Counted from the stretch's first letter, positions 38,033 through 49,225 are shown. The stretch is DNA of 64,000 nucleotides from Bacteroidaceae bacterium (GCA_045641785.1 JAZUHP010000108.1:2146-66145); one strand, 5' to 3'. Notes: a model not told the origin generated them from the sequence alone. Numbers and translations: made by a program.

Positions 38033-39220
38033 ATGTATCTAAAACAAAATCATAAAGAACAAATGAATCTTACAAACACAAATCGCTTTAAGGGTATCCG
38101 TACCCCATTCTATTTTTACGACACAGAACTCCTTCGTCAGACACTCAATACTATCAACGAAGAGACAAAGAAATATCAGGGCTACTTCGTTCATTATGCA
38201 GTTAAAGCTAACGCAAACCTAAAGGTTCTCAAGGTTATCAATGAGGCTGGACTCGGTATTGACTGTGTAAGTGGTGGAGAAATTGAGCAAGTACTTAAGG
38301 CTGGTTTCCCTGCTAATAAGATTGTTTTCGCTGGTGTCGGAAAGAGCGATTGGGAAATAGAACTCGGCATAGATAATGGTATTTTCTGCTTTAATGTAGA
38401 AAGTATTCCAGAACTCGAGGTCATCAACGAAATTGCATCAGCAAAGGGTAAGGTTGCAGACGTTTGTTTCCGTATCAACCCTAACGTTGGAGCACATACT
38501 CATGCCAACATAACTACAGGACTTGCAGAAAACAAGTTCGGTATTGCTATGGAGGACATGGAAAAGGTTATCCGTCTTGCTGAAGGAATGAAGAACATCA
38601 ACTTCAAGGGACTTCACTTCCATATTGGTAGTCAGATTCTTGAGATGGACGACTTCGTAGCACTCTGCAATCGTATTAACGAACTTCAGGATCAACTAGA
38701 AAAGGCAGGTATAAAATTAGAGATTATTAATGTAGGTGGTGGTCTTGGTATCGACTATAATGATCCACAAGGCAACCCTATCCCTAACTTCAAGGATTAC
38801 TTCGCAACATACAACAAGTATCTCAAGCTTCGTCCAGGACAGACTGTTCACTTCGAGCTTGGTCGTGCTGTAGTTGGCCAGTGTGGTGCCCTAATCACTC
38901 GTGTAAACTATGTCAAGAAGTGCACAATCAAGCAGTTCGCTATCGTTGATGCTGGTATGACAGATCTTATCCGCCCTGCTCTCTATGATGCTCACCACAA
39001 GACAATCAACCTCTCAAGCAATGCTCCTGAGGAGACTTATGATGTAGTTGGTCCTATCTGTGAGTCAAGCGATGTATTCGACAAGGACATCAAGCTTGCA
39101 GGAACAAAGCGTGGCGACCTTATCGCAATGCTTTCAGCTGGTGCATATGGTGAGATTATGGCATCTGGCTATAACTGCCGTGTACTCCCTGTCGGTTACA
39201 CATCTGATGAACTAAAATAG
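38033..39220 (+). CDS. lysA: diaminopimelate decarboxylase
   Basis: PLP-dependent Orn/DAP/Arg decarboxylase pattern (YAVKAN, GGGLGI, CESSD). An alternative start is at 38063. Confidence 0.9.
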   Translation: MYLKQNHKEQMNLTNTNRFKGIRTPFYFYDTELLRQTLNTINEETKKYQGYFVHYAVKANANLKVLKVINEAGLGIDCVSGGEIEQVLKAGFPANKIVFAGVGKSDWEIELGIDNGIFCFNVESIPELEVINEIASAKGKVADVCFRINPNVGAHTHANITTGLAENKFGIAMEDMEKVIRLAEGMKNINFKGLHFHIGSQILEMDDFVALCNRINELQDQLEKAGIKLEIINVGGGLGIDYNDPQGNPIPNFKDYFATYNKYLKLRPGQTVHFELGRAVVGQCGALITRVNYVKKCTIKQFAIVDAGMTDLIRPALYDAHHKTINLSSNAPEETYDVVGPICESSDVFDKDIKLAGTKRGDLIAMLSAGAYGEIMASGYNCRVLPVGYTSDELK

Positions 39221-39332
39221 TAATTAAAGGTCTTTTTGGCAGACTCTTCTGCCATAATAGCATAAAGATGTCATCATTTAGTTGTTGGCATCTTTTTTGC
39301 ATCTTAATTGTCAACAATAAAAAATTAACGCT

Positions 39333-39935
39333 ATGAGTGAAAATATAAACGAAGAAATCAAAGATGTAAACGAGGAAGCTCAGGCAACAGATAATGCCGA
39401 AGCTACTAACAATACAACTGAAAATACAGAAGCAACAGATAATCCTGAAGCAACTGCAGAGGAGCCAAAAGAACTCACAGTAGAGGAAAAGCTTGCACAG
39501 GCAGAGGCTCAGATTGAGGAACTCAAGAAGCAGGCTCTATACAAGATGGCTGAGTTCGACAATTTCCGTAAGAACAGCATGAAGAAGCAGGCTGAACTCC
39601 TTCTTAATGGTGGCGAGAAAGTTTTCATCTCTCTCCTTCCATTCATTGACGACCTTGAGCGTGCACAGCAGAATATGGCTAAGGCAGAAGATGTTGCAGC
39701 TGTAAAGGAAGGTGTTGACCTCATCATCGACAAGTTCCTTAAGATTCTTGAGAAGCAGGGTGTCAAGAAGATTGACGCTGTGGGACAGGAATTCAACACA
39801 GACTTCCACGAAGCAATAGCACTCGTACCGGGTCTTCCTGAGGATCAGAAGAACAAGGTTATCGACTGTGTAGAATGTGGTTACACACTCAACGACAAGG
39901 TTATTCGTCACTCAAAAGTAGCAGTTGCTCAATAA
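39333..39935 (+). CDS. grpE: nucleotide exchange factor GrpE
   Basis: 200 aa. Acidic N-terminus, a coiled coil, and a GrpE C-terminal pattern (FDNFRK...HEA). Confidence 0.9.
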   Translation: MSENINEEIKDVNEEAQATDNAEATNNTTENTEATDNPEATAEEPKELTVEEKLAQAEAQIEELKKQALYKMAEFDNFRKNSMKKQAELLLNGGEKVFISLLPFIDDLERAQQNMAKAEDVAAVKEGVDLIIDKFLKILEKQGVKKIDAVGQEFNTDFHEAIALVPGLPEDQKNKVIDCVECGYTLNDKVIRHSKVAVAQ

Positions 39936-39948
39936 ATTCACGAACAAG

Positions 39949-41118
39949 ATGGCAGAAAAAAGAGATTACTATGAAGTGCTCGGCATTGCAAAGGGTGCTT
40001 CAGATGATGAAATAAAGAAGGCATACAAGAAGATGGCCATCAAGTACCATCCTGACCGTAACCCTGGCAACAAGGAAGCTGAGGAGAAGTTCAAGGAGGC
40101 TGCTGAGGCATACGAGGTTCTTCGTGACCCACAAAAGCGTCAGCAGTACGATCAGTTCGGCTTTGCCGGAATGAATGGTGCTAGTGGATTCGGTGGCGGA
40201 TTCAACGGTGGAAGCATGAACATGGATGACATCTTCTCAATGTTTGGTGACATCTTCGGCGGTCACATGGGTGGTGGCGGATTCAGTGGATTTGGTGGCG
40301 GTGGTAGCAGATACCGCAAGCCTGTATTCCGTGGTCGTGACCAACGTATGCGTATCCAGCTTGATCTTACAGAGATAGTAAATGGTACAACAAAGAAGTT
40401 CAAGGTAAAGAAGGATGTTAAGTGTGAGCATTGTGGTGGTACTGGTTCTGCTGATGGCAAGACGGAGACATGTCCACAGTGTCACGGAAACGGATATGTT
40501 ATTCGCCAGCAGCGTTCTATCCTTGGTATGATGCAGACACAGAGCGAGTGTCCTCAGTGTCATGGTGAAGGTACAATCATCAAGAACAAGTGTACCCACT
40601 GTCATGGTGAGGGTATCGTATCTGGCGAGACAATTGAGGAGGTAAAGTTCCCAGCAGGTCTTCAGGAAGGAATGGTACTCAACCTCGAAGGACGCGGTGG
40701 TGCAGGTCGTCACAATGGTGTGAACGGTGACCTTCAGGTAGTAATCACAGAGAAGGCACACCCAGAACTTGTACGCGATGGCAACGACCTTGTTTACAAT
40801 CTTCTTCTCACTATCCCACAGGCAACTCTCGGTTGTCAGGTAGAGGTGCCAACAGTTGATGGCAAGGCAAAAATAACTATCCAGCCAGGTACTCAACCAG
40901 GCACAGTACTCCGTCTCCGTGGCAAGGGTATTCCACAGGTTCAGGGTTATGGAAATGGCAAGGGTGATGAGTTAGTCAACATCAGCGTCTACATTCCAAA
41001 GACTCTTACTAAAGAGCAGAAGAAGGCAATGGAAGCATTTGCAGAGAATGATGAATTCACTCCAGACGACAAGACAAAAGACAGTATATTCAGCAAGTTC
41101 AAAGCTTTCTTTGAATAA
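39949..41118 (+). CDS. dnaJ: molecular chaperone DnaJ
   Basis: J-domain with HPD (KYHPDRN), a G/F region and four CxxCxG zinc-finger repeats. Start set at ATG 39949 ([12 protein letters not shown]). Confidence 0.95.
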   Translation: MAEKRDYYEVLGIAKGASDDEIKKAYKKMAIKYHPDRNPGNKEAEEKFKEAAEAYEVLRDPQKRQQYDQFGFAGMNGASGFGGGFNGGSMNMDDIFSMFGDIFGGHMGGGGFSGFGGGGSRYRKPVFRGRDQRMRIQLDLTEIVNGTTKKFKVKKDVKCEHCGGTGSADGKTETCPQCHGNGYVIRQQRSILGMMQTQSECPQCHGEGTIIKNKCTHCHGEGIVSGETIEEVKFPAGLQEGMVLNLEGRGGAGRHNGVNGDLQVVITEKAHPELVRDGNDLVYNLLLTIPQATLGCQVEVPTVDGKAKITIQPGTQPGTVLRLRGKGIPQVQGYGNGKGDELVNISVYIPKTLTKEQKKAMEAFAENDEFTPDDKTKDSIFSKFKAFFE

Positions 41119-41129
41119 TTCACATAATT

Positions 41130-41160
41130 GAGGTACACATTAATGTGCACCTCTTTTTTA
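41130..41160 (+). terminator. dnaJ rho-independent terminator
   Basis: gaggtacacat / atgtgcacctc (one mismatch) followed by tttttt. Confidence 0.65.
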
Positions 41161-41353
41161 TTTCTCGAACTGAAAGACTAATAGCATCTTTCGCGATATT
41201 GAAAACGTCATTGCATACCACAAATCAATAAAAAAAGACTCACAAAAAATATTGCGAGTCTTTTTTATTTTTAGTTCTTCGTATAACAGCTAATAGATAA
41301 CCCCATTAAGTACATTACAGAAAGGAGTCGTATCTATGCTGATATAGTTTAGA

Positions 41354-42646
41354 TTATCCGAGGAAGTTGAGGAGGATACCAGCAGCAACAGCAGAACCGA
41401 TAACACCTGCAACATTAGGTCCCATAGCGTGCATGAGGAGGAAGTTACGAGGATCAGCCTTCTGTCCCTCTACCTGTGATACACGAGCTGCCATAGGAAC
41501 TGCACTTACACCAGCAGAACCGATAAGTGGGTTAATCTTCTCCTTAAGGAAGAGATTCATTACCTTTGCCATGATGACACCTGATGCAGAACCGATACCA
41601 AAGGCAACGATACCTACACAGAGAATACCGATAGTCTGAAGGTTAAGGAATGAAGAAGCACTTGCAGTAGCACCAACAGTAAGACCAAGCATGATTACAA
41701 CAATGTTGTTGAGCTCGTTCTGAGCTGCCTTAGAGAGACGCTCGACTACTCCACTCTCTCTCATAAGGTTTCCAAGCATAAGACATCCTACGAGTGGACC
41801 TGCACTTGGAACGATAAGAGTAACGAGGATAGCAACCACGATTGGGAACACGATCTTCTCCTTCTTACTTACAGTACGGAGCTGACTAATACGAATCTTA
41901 CGTTCTGCCTCTGTAGTAAGCGCCTTCATGATTGGTGGCTGAATAACTGGCACGAGAGCCATGTAAGAGTATGCAGCTACAGCGATAGGACCAAGAAGTT
42001 CTGGAGCAAGCTTACTTGTAAGGAAGATTGCTGTAGGACCATCCGCACCACCGATGATACCGATAGATGCTGCCTGAGGAGCTGTGAAACCAAATACAGG
42101 AATATCAAGCTGAGTCACAAGGAATGTGGCAAAGATACCAATCTGTGCAGCTGCACCGAGGAGAAGGCTCTTAGGATTAGCGATGAGAGGACCAAAGTCT
42201 GTCATTGCACCTACTCCGAGGAAGATGAGACATGGATAGATACCAGCCTTAACACCGATGTAAAGGATGTCAAGAAGACCACCCTTCTGCATGATGTGAC
42301 CATAGCTATGATAGTATGGACTATCTGCGTTGAGGAACTCGTTGTTCCACATTTCTGTATCAAACATTCCGATGCCTGGAAGGTTTGTGAGAATCATACC
42401 AAATGCGATTGGCAAGAGGAGGAGTGGCTCATACTCTTTCTTGATTGCAAGATAGAGAAGGAAACATCCAAGACCAAGCATAACAAGATTCTTCCAACCA
42501 TCACCTGTGAAGAGCTGAACGAATCCCATTTCTTTAACGAACTTTACAAGTCCGTCAGAAACAGATGTATCTGCTGCCATAACAGGTGTAGCTATCAAAA
42601 GCAACACGGCAAGGAATAAATAACATTTCAAGTTTTTCATAATCAT
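41354..42646 (-). CDS. mmdB: Na+-translocating decarboxylase beta subunit (OadB/MmdB family)
   Basis: 430-aa polytopic protein. Last gene of the mce-carboxyltransferase-OadG-BCCP cluster. Confidence 0.8.
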   Translation of the reverse strand: MIMKNLKCYLFLAVLLLIATPVMAADTSVSDGLVKFVKEMGFVQLFTGDGWKNLVMLGLGCFLLYLAIKKEYEPLLLLPIAFGMILTNLPGIGMFDTEMWNNEFLNADSPYYHSYGHIMQKGGLLDILYIGVKAGIYPCLIFLGVGAMTDFGPLIANPKSLLLGAAAQIGIFATFLVTQLDIPVFGFTAPQAASIGIIGGADGPTAIFLTSKLAPELLGPIAVAAYSYMALVPVIQPPIMKALTTEAERKIRISQLRTVSKKEKIVFPIVVAILVTLIVPSAGPLVGCLMLGNLMRESGVVERLSKAAQNELNNIVVIMLGLTVGATASASSFLNLQTIGILCVGIVAFGIGSASGVIMAKVMNLFLKEKINPLIGSAGVSAVPMAARVSQVEGQKADPRNFLLMHAMGPNVAGVIGSAVAAGILLNFLG

Positions 42647-42706
42647 TAAAGTTTGTTAAGTTTAGGTAACAGGTGAAAGAGTATCACCCATTACCTGCCC
42701 TATGTG

Positions 42707-43417
42707 TTATGCAAGTTCTACGAGAGCCTGTCCGCTCTGTACCTGTGCACCTGACTCAACGAGGATAGCCTTAACCTCACCACCCATCTCTGCAGTGATG
42801 CTGTTCTCCATCTTCATTGCCTCCATGAAGAGTACTGTATCACCAGCATTTACCTTGTCACCTACCTTAACTGCAATCTTTGTGATTGTACCTGGAAGTG
42901 GTGCTGTAACAGTATTTGCACCTGCAGCTGGAGCTGGAGCAGCAGCCTTTGGTGTCTCAACTGGCTTTGGAGCAACAGGAGCTGGCTTTGGAGCGATAGT
43001 AGCTTCTGCTGCAACGAAATCAGCAACCATCTCAACGAGGAGGTCACCCTGATTTACATTCTGTCCTGCAGCAACTGCAACGCGCTGTACTGTACCATCA
43101 ACCTCGCTGACGATATCGTTAGCCATCTTCATAGACTCGATTACGAGAAGCACATCACCACGCTTTACATGCTGTCCATCAGCTACGACAATCTTTGTAA
43201 CTGTACCTGGAAGCTCAGAATTTACATTTGCAGGACCACCTGTCTGTGCCTTAGGATTAGCAGCTACAGGTGCCTGACGAGGACCCTCCTTCTTCTGTGA
43301 AGGCATCTCGACCTGATAAGTCTGTCCATTAACGGTAACCTTAAGTGAACCTGGTGTCTGCTCATCAACAGCAGCAGTATAGTCCTGGTTACCTATCTTG
43401 AATTTGAATTCTTTCAT
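42707..43417 (-). CDS. mmdC: biotin carrier subunit with two tandem biotinyl domains
   Basis: There are two complete biotinyl-lysine motifs: ESMK(97)M and EAMK(202)M. Each sits in a ~65-aa lipoyl/biotinyl-fold segment, and a Pro/Ala linker separates the two. Confidence 0.8.
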   Translation of the reverse strand: MKEFKFKIGNQDYTAAVDEQTPGSLKVTVNGQTYQVEMPSQKKEGPRQAPVAANPKAQTGGPANVNSELPGTVTKIVVADGQHVKRGDVLLVIESMKMANDIVSEVDGTVQRVAVAAGQNVNQGDLLVEMVADFVAAEATIAPKPAPVAPKPVETPKAAAPAPAAGANTVTAPLPGTITKIAVKVGDKVNAGDTVLFMEAMKMENSITAEMGGEVKAILVESGAQVQSGQALVELA

Positions 43418-43424
43418 CTTGATA

Positions 43425-43584
43425 GAATGAAGAGTGAAGAATGAAGAATAACGAATGCTATTCGCACTCTCTATCTTAACTCTCGTCTTAAAATTATTTG
43501 ATTCTGGAAGAGCTTTAGCGCAAGAGATTCAAAAGATCAGACCCTTATGGTAAGATTTATTCTTCACTTTTCACTCTTCACTTA
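43425..43584. repeat. 27-bp inverted repeat (23/27) flanking a 105-bp core inside the mmd operon
   Basis: gaatgaagagtgaagaatgaagaataa (43425-43451) against ttattcttcacttttcactcttcactta (43557-43584). Confidence 0.8.
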
Positions 43585-43586
43585 TT

Positions 43587-43922
43587 TTAAAGTCTCTCGT
43601 TCAGCTCGTAATGCCAAGCTGATGGTGTTGGCTTGATAGTAAGAACACGGTTCTCGCGGTTGTTCTTCTCATAATAATAGAGATAGAGAGCAACAGCTAC
43701 AGCCGCCTTGTCTTCCTCGCTAGCCTTCTCGAATGTCTTTGTCTCCTTCTTCTCCTGACGCTTAACCTTTACCTCTGTAGCCTTAGCATTTGTCTTCTTA
43801 GCAACAAATGTGAAAACACCGAGTATTGCGACAAGAGCAATGAGGATGACAAACACTACTCCGATAGAGCTACCAGCAAGAATGAATCTATCAGCCCAAT
43901 CAAGTGCTGCTAAATTTGTCAT
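43587..43922 (-). CDS. OadG-like small membrane subunit of the decarboxylase
   Basis: 111 aa with a single N-terminal TM helix (GVVFVILIALVAILGVFTF). Its position is between the carboxyltransferase and the BCCP. Confidence 0.7.
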   Translation of the reverse strand: MTNLAALDWADRFILAGSSIGVVFVILIALVAILGVFTFVAKKTNAKATEVKVKRQEKKETKTFEKASEEDKAAVAVALYLYYYEKNNRENRVLTIKPTPSAWHYELNERL

Positions 43923-43933
43923 AGCTCCTTATT

Positions 43934-45505
43934 TTAGAGTGGGATATTACCATGCTTCTTAGCAGGGTTCTTCATCTTCTTATTCTCAAGCTGTGCAAGA
44001 GCACGGATAACACGGAAACGAGTGTTACGTGGCTCGATAACATCATCAATGTAGCCATACTTAGCTGCCTGATAAGGATTAGCGAAGAGCTTAGTGTACT
44101 CATCCTCCTTCTCCTTGATGTATGCCTTAGCCTCTTCAACCTTACCCTCGTCCTTAAGAGCCTTAGCCTCCTTAGCGTAGAGTACTGATGCTGCACCACT
44201 TGCACCCATAACTGCGATCTCAGCAGATGGCCAAGCGTAGTTGATATCACCACGAAGCTGCTTACAAGACATCACGATGTGTGAACCACCGTATGACTTA
44301 CGAAGTGTAACTGTTACCTTTGGCACTGTAGCTTCACCGTAAGCGTAGAGAAGCTTAGCACCATGAAGGATAACCGCATTGTACTCCTGTGCAGTACCTG
44401 GAAGGAATCCTGGCACATCAACGAGAGTTACGATTGGAATATTGAATGCGTCACAGAAGCGAACGAAACGAGCACCCTTACGAGAAGAGTTGCAGTCAAG
44501 TACACCTGCGAGCTGCTTTGGCTGGTTTGCAACGATACCAACAGACTGTCCGTTGAAGCGAGCGAAACCTACGATGATGTTCTTAGCGTAGTTTGGCTGT
44601 ACCTCGAAGAACTCACCATTATCAACGATACCAGCGATAACCTGATACATGTCGTATGGCATGTTAGGGTTGTCAGGGATGATGTCATTGAGGTAATCCT
44701 CCATACGACCAATTGGGTCAGTACACTCAACACGTGGAGTGCGCTCAAGGTTGTTCTGTGGGATGTAGCTGAGGAGCTGCTTGATCATAGCGATACACTC
44801 TTCCTCGTTAGATGCAGAGAAATGAGTAACACCAGACTTAGTAGCGTGAACTGAAGCACCACCGAGCTGTTCCTGTGTTACGACCTCACCGAGAACTGCC
44901 TTAACAGGACCAGGACCTGTGAGGAACATGTATGAAGAGCCTTCTACCATGAAAGTGAAGTCTGTGAGGGCTGGAGAATAAACAGCACCACCGGCACAAG
45001 GACCCATGATAGCAGAGATCTGAGGAACGACACCAGAAGCAAGGATGTTACGCTGGAAGATCTCAGCATATCCTGCGAGGGCGTTGATACCCTCCTGTAG
45101 ACGAGCACCACCTGAGTCATTAAGACCGATACATGGCACACCTACCTTCATTGCCATATCCATTACCTTACAAATCTTGAGGGCGAGAGTCTCAGAGAGA
45201 GAACCTGCACTTACTGTAAAGTCCTGAGCGAAGATGTAAACGAGACGTCCGTCGATTGTACCAGAACCAGTTACGACACCATCACCGAGATAGTGCTTCT
45301 TCTCCATTCCGAAGTTAGTACAACGATGTTCAACGAACATATCCATCTCCTCGAAGCTACCTTCATCAAGGAGCATATCGATACGCTCACGAGCTGTGAG
45401 CTTTCCCTTCTCATGCTGCTTGGCGATAGCCTTCTCACCACCGCCAATACGAGCCTTCTTGCGGAGCTCAATAAGCTCCTGTATTCTTTCTGTTTGCTTT
45501 GACAT
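43934..45505 (-). CDS. mmdA: methylmalonyl-CoA carboxyltransferase (acyl-CoA carboxylase beta family)
   Basis: 523 aa with two crotonase-like carboxyltransferase halves ([21 protein letters not shown]). Confidence 0.9.
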   Translation of the reverse strand: MSKQTERIQELIELRKKARIGGGEKAIAKQHEKGKLTARERIDMLLDEGSFEEMDMFVEHRCTNFGMEKKHYLGDGVVTGSGTIDGRLVYIFAQDFTVSAGSLSETLALKICKVMDMAMKVGVPCIGLNDSGGARLQEGINALAGYAEIFQRNILASGVVPQISAIMGPCAGGAVYSPALTDFTFMVEGSSYMFLTGPGPVKAVLGEVVTQEQLGGASVHATKSGVTHFSASNEEECIAMIKQLLSYIPQNNLERTPRVECTDPIGRMEDYLNDIIPDNPNMPYDMYQVIAGIVDNGEFFEVQPNYAKNIIVGFARFNGQSVGIVANQPKQLAGVLDCNSSRKGARFVRFCDAFNIPIVTLVDVPGFLPGTAQEYNAVILHGAKLLYAYGEATVPKVTVTLRKSYGGSHIVMSCKQLRGDINYAWPSAEIAVMGASGAASVLYAKEAKALKDEGKVEEAKAYIKEKEDEYTKLFANPYQAAKYGYIDDVIEPRNTRFRVIRALAQLENKKMKNPAKKHGNIPL

Positions 45506-45510
45506 TGTTT

Positions 45511-45674
45511 TATTTACAATTTACCATTTACAATTTACCATTTTCATGTCACCTAAAGTTACACACATAATCAACGAATACATTATTTAAGAAACGAAAC
45601 AGAGTATTATACTTCTGCATCATTTAGATATCCGCTGCATTAAATTGTAAATTATAAATGGTACATGGTACATG
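45511..45674. repeat. mirror-image word arrays (atttacaattta / taaattgtaaat) flanking a ~95-bp core between mce and mmdA
   Basis: 12-nt perfect complementarity plus further shared words (aaatggta). Confidence 0.7.
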
Positions 45675-45677
45675 AAT

Positions 45678-46088
45678 TTATTTCTGTGGTTCACAGAGCT
45701 CTGTGAGGATACCTGCAGTTGACTTTGGATGGAGGAATCCGATCATCATCTTCTCTGCTCCTGGACGTGGAGTCTTGTCGATGAGACGAACACCCTTACC
45801 TTCTACCTCTACGAGTGCTTCAGCAACACCATCTTCTACAGCGTATGCTACGTGATGAACACCCTTGCCACCATTAGCAAGCCACTTAGCGATAGCGCTC
45901 TCCTCTGATGTTGGTTCAAGAAGCTCAAGCTTAACTTCACCAACCTTAAGGAAAGCAGTCTTTACCTTCTGGTCAGCTACTTCTTCAATTGCATAACACT
46001 TAAGACCAAGTACATTCTCATAGTATGGAAGTACCTCGTCAATACTCTGGACACCGATGCCCAGGTGATCAATTCGTGAAATCTTCAT
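45678..46088 (-). CDS. mce: methylmalonyl-CoA epimerase (VOC family)
   Basis: 136 aa. Contains IDHLGIGV and HHVAYAV metal-ligand contexts. First gene of the mmd cluster. Confidence 0.85.
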   Translation of the reverse strand: MKISRIDHLGIGVQSIDEVLPYYENVLGLKCYAIEEVADQKVKTAFLKVGEVKLELLEPTSEESAIAKWLANGGKGVHHVAYAVEDGVAEALVEVEGKGVRLIDKTPRPGAEKMMIGFLHPKSTAGILTELCEPQK

Positions 46089-46210
46089 AATCTTTTTGTT
46101 ATTTTAGTATTAGTTTTTTTATAAAAATCTATATCATTTCATGCTCTCATAATACCGATTCTAAATATAAAAAGGAACGGAATATGATTTACATGGCAAT
46201 TTATTTTTAG

Positions 46211-46218
46211 CAAATATA
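46211..46218 (-). promoter_or_regulatory. -7 promoter box (TAtaTTTG) upstream of the mce-mmd operon
   Basis: Exact TAnnTTTG on the minus strand, 123 nt upstream of the mce ATG. Confidence 0.35.
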
Positions 46219-46276
46219 AGTTAATAAAAAATAATGCCGAAAGAAAAAACAATGTTTTTTTCAAAAAGCAACACTT

Positions 46277-46879
46277 TTACTGCACTTTGCCACCTGCAAA
46301 CCAATGTTTACTCCAATATTGCTCATTGAGGTTGCTTATGATAACACCTTTTGAAGAGCTGGCATGAATGAATTTTCCATTCTTAAGATAGATACCAGAA
46401 TGCCCTATCCTGCCCTCAGAATTGTCAGTGGTAAAGAACACAAGGTCACCCTGCTTTAACTGACTTGCATCAACAGGTTTACAGTAGTTATGAAAGAGGT
46501 CATAGCTACTCATGCGTTCAATCTGTCGATTATACACAGAATTGTAAAGGCAGTATACAAGTCCTGAACAATCAACCCCATTACGATCCATTCCTCCTGC
46601 TCTGTATGGCACACCAATCCATGTTGCAGACTCACACATCAGTCGTCGATCATCGCTTCTCTCCACACTGAAACCTAACTTACGACCAGCATTGGCAAGT
46701 TCCGAGTTACTTATCTCTGCTTCTGCAGGACGTGCCTCAATCCTTCCGTTTGACACTCTTATCTCACTTATTGTCTTGCGTGGAGCATGTGTTACAGAAG
46801 ATGGTTCTGCAAGTTTCTTTATTGTACTACATGACGAGAGCATCACCATGGCGAATAGCAGGAAGAATAGTTTTTTCAT
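46277..46879 (-). CDS. NlpC/P60 (C40) peptidase lipoprotein
   Basis: Lipobox LSSC. The catalytic Cys context is DCSGLVY and the His context is HSGIYL. Confidence 0.85.
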   Translation of the reverse strand: MKKLFFLLFAMVMLSSCSTIKKLAEPSSVTHAPRKTISEIRVSNGRIEARPAEAEISNSELANAGRKLGFSVERSDDRRLMCESATWIGVPYRAGGMDRNGVDCSGLVYCLYNSVYNRQIERMSSYDLFHNYCKPVDASQLKQGDLVFFTTDNSEGRIGHSGIYLKNGKFIHASSSKGVIISNLNEQYWSKHWFAGGKVQ

Positions 46880-46887
46880 AATATTCG

Positions 46888-47607
46888 TTATTGTTTTTCG
46901 AGGTTACCGACAAAATAATCTTCTATCTCTTTCATAATATCTGCATGTTCTTCTTTGCTGTAATCCTTAATGACCTTGCCGTGCTCAAGAAGAGTTACAC
47001 GCGAACAGATGTCGATGGTGTGTGTGAGGTTATGTGAACTGACAATTATCATTGCACCTGTTTCCTTGTTATAATTCTCAATCACCTTCTTCATAGCAAG
47101 TTGTGAAGTAGGATCAAGGAAGTTGAATGGTTCATCAAGGATAAGAAGTTTTGGGTGAGTAAGCATAGCAGCAATGATACCCACCTTCTGCTTGTTACCC
47201 ATAGACAGGTTACGAATAAGAGTACCCTGTCCCATTACCTCACCATTCATGAAAGAATCAAAGGCCTTAAGTCGCTCGTCAAGAACCTCCTTGCTCATGT
47301 TTGTTATCTTTGCAATAAAACTGAAGTACTCCTCAGGAGTAAGGTAATCGATGAGGAATCCGCTATCCACATAGGCACCGGTAAACTCCTTCCACTCCTC
47401 ACTCTTTGCTGGATTAATGTCACCTATTGTCACCTCACCCTCCTCTGGTTTTATGAGGTCAAGTATGACGCGGAACATGGTTGTCTTACCAGCTCCATTA
47501 TTACCTACAAGGCCTATTACCTCACCCTCATTAACTTTATAATTTTCGATGTCAAGTGCCACCTTGTCACCGAAGCACTTCTTTATGTTGTTAAGTTTTA
47601 GTTCCAT
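46888..47607 (-). CDS. ABC transporter ATP-binding protein
   Basis: Walker A GNNGAGKTT, signature LSMGNKQK, Walker B LILDEP. Confidence 0.9.
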   Translation of the reverse strand: MELKLNNIKKCFGDKVALDIENYKVNEGEVIGLVGNNGAGKTTMFRVILDLIKPEEGEVTIGDINPAKSEEWKEFTGAYVDSGFLIDYLTPEEYFSFIAKITNMSKEVLDERLKAFDSFMNGEVMGQGTLIRNLSMGNKQKVGIIAAMLTHPKLLILDEPFNFLDPTSQLAMKKVIENYNKETGAMIIVSSHNLTHTIDICSRVTLLEHGKVIKDYSKEEHADIMKEIEDYFVGNLEKQ

Positions 47608-47686
47608 TGTTCTTAAAATTTACTAAGTAATTGTGATCATTCGTTCACTTGTTCTGTAGCCATATTAACCATTAGTTGCGGACTAC

Positions 47687-49225
47687 CTAACAGTTTCTAC
47701 TGTTTCTGAAATTGTCCATATTCTTGTAACGGCGAGCCATGAATCTGTTATAGACATTACGCAACCATATTGGATTCATTGCAATACCTACAATTCCTAT
47801 CAGAGACAATCCCAAAGCAACATAATCAGGTATTATCAACATAAGTACATACATGATTATCATAGGTACAAACATTGCCACCAATGACACCACCATCTGC
47901 CACTTGTTATTACTACTCTGACGAGTGACCTTTGCATTGAGATTTATCGAATGGTCATTGTACACAGCCATCTGGAACAAGAATGGCAATACTACTCCAG
48001 CCGTGAAAAGCATACATCCAATAGCCTCCATAAATGAATTCTTGCCCTGGATAACAGGTATCATGAAAATAACAAAAGGAATGACCATCATACCTATTTG
48101 GAAGTAAAACTTTGCCTTAAGAAGCGATAGCACAGATTCTTTTCGTGCCATCAAGCCATCAATGTAGTTTCCTTCAGGCATCATCACACCCGTCAAAGAA
48201 ACGACCGCAAGTACGCCAAAACAATACATGCTTATGTATGCTTTCATGAATGGCATATTATCATATACATCAGTAAATGCGAAAAGGGAAGAAAGCATTA
48301 CCATCATGACAACACCAGTAATAAACTGTTTCCTTATCACAGCATTACGCATGACAGACTTTATCTCAAGTTTGATGTACTCACCTATCACACCATAGCG
48401 ATCAAGGAACGCCATCTCACGTGACTTCACCTTTTCCGCCTGTACCTCCGCTATCTCCTGATAAATGACCTTGCCTTGAATATAAAGGTTGAGGAAGTAG
48501 AATGTCACCCCAATAACTACAGGAATAAGATAGGCAACAGGGTTGAGTTGCATCGCCCATCTTCCACACCATAGACAGGCATAGAAGAGTGGTTGAGCAT
48601 AATCTTCGCCCAACAACTTAGGAACAACATACTCATCAAAACATCCAAGATAGATGACTAATGCATAAAGAGCCAACGGAATGATTACATACAGCATGTT
48701 CCTATTCAGGAGAGTTCTCCAAAGAAGATACCAATAGGCATTGGCTACAAAGATCAGCCAAAAAGCAAACCACCATCCGAGACATCCAACTATACCATAG
48801 AATCCCAAAACCTGGATAAGTCCAAAAGGTACAAAGAAAAACAGCCAGAAGATGTTAAAAATAGATGTTGCTCTTCTTATTAAAAACACGTTAAGAAGAA
48901 ACTTGACAGGGATTGGCATAAGCTTGTATTGCTTCACTTCCTGTGCCGGAGTGTCCGTCAATGCTAAACGAACAAGAAAGTCAATGGCAAGGAAAAAGAA
49001 CAATCCACCATCTATGACATCAAATCCTTCTATCGACTCTTCCTTAGTAGCAATACCAATCATCACACCAAAGAATATGAGGTAGGATGCAAAGAAAGCG
49101 ACAGTGAAGTAGCTAATCCACTTCATTGCCCTGTTTTGGTCAAACATAGGATGGCGTTTGTCTCCCAAATCCCTACATTTGTCTATCAAGCGATAGAGTC
49201 TCCAATATTTTTTTACATTTTCCAT
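47687..49225 (-). CDS. polytopic membrane protein, probable permease partner of the ABC ATPase (DUF5687-like)
   Basis: 512 aa with more than 10 predicted TM segments, directly upstream of the ATPase. The DUF name is from memory. Confidence 0.55.
   Translation of the reverse strand: MENVKKYWRLYRLIDKCRDLGDKRHPMFDQNRAMKWISYFTVAFFASYLIFFGVMIGIATKEESIEGFDVIDGGLFFFLAIDFLVRLALTDTPAQEVKQYKLMPIPVKFLLNVFLIRRATSIFNIFWLFFFVPFGLIQVLGFYGIVGCLGWWFAFWLIFVANAYWYLLWRTLLNRNMLYVIIPLALYALVIYLGCFDEYVVPKLLGEDYAQPLFYACLWCGRWAMQLNPVAYLIPVVIGVTFYFLNLYIQGKVIYQEIAEVQAEKVKSREMAFLDRYGVIGEYIKLEIKSVMRNAVIRKQFITGVVMMVMLSSLFAFTDVYDNMPFMKAYISMYCFGVLAVVSLTGVMMPEGNYIDGLMARKESVLSLLKAKFYFQIGMMVIPFVIFMIPVIQGKNSFMEAIGCMLFTAGVVLPFLFQMAVYNDHSINLNAKVTRQSSNNKWQMVVSLVAMFVPMIIMYVLMLIIPDYVALGLSLIGIVGIAMNPIWLRNVYNRFMARRYKNMDNFRNSRNC

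Noticed and set aside
43425-43584. Invertible promoter (inverton), suggested by the inverted repeats around ~100-bp cores. The same was considered for 35306-35464 and 45511-45674.
   Set aside because: None of the cores contains a TAnnTTTG box on either strand, and no site-specific recombinase gene is nearby. The elements also lie inside operons where a switchable promoter is not needed. I report them as RNA-structure candidates instead.
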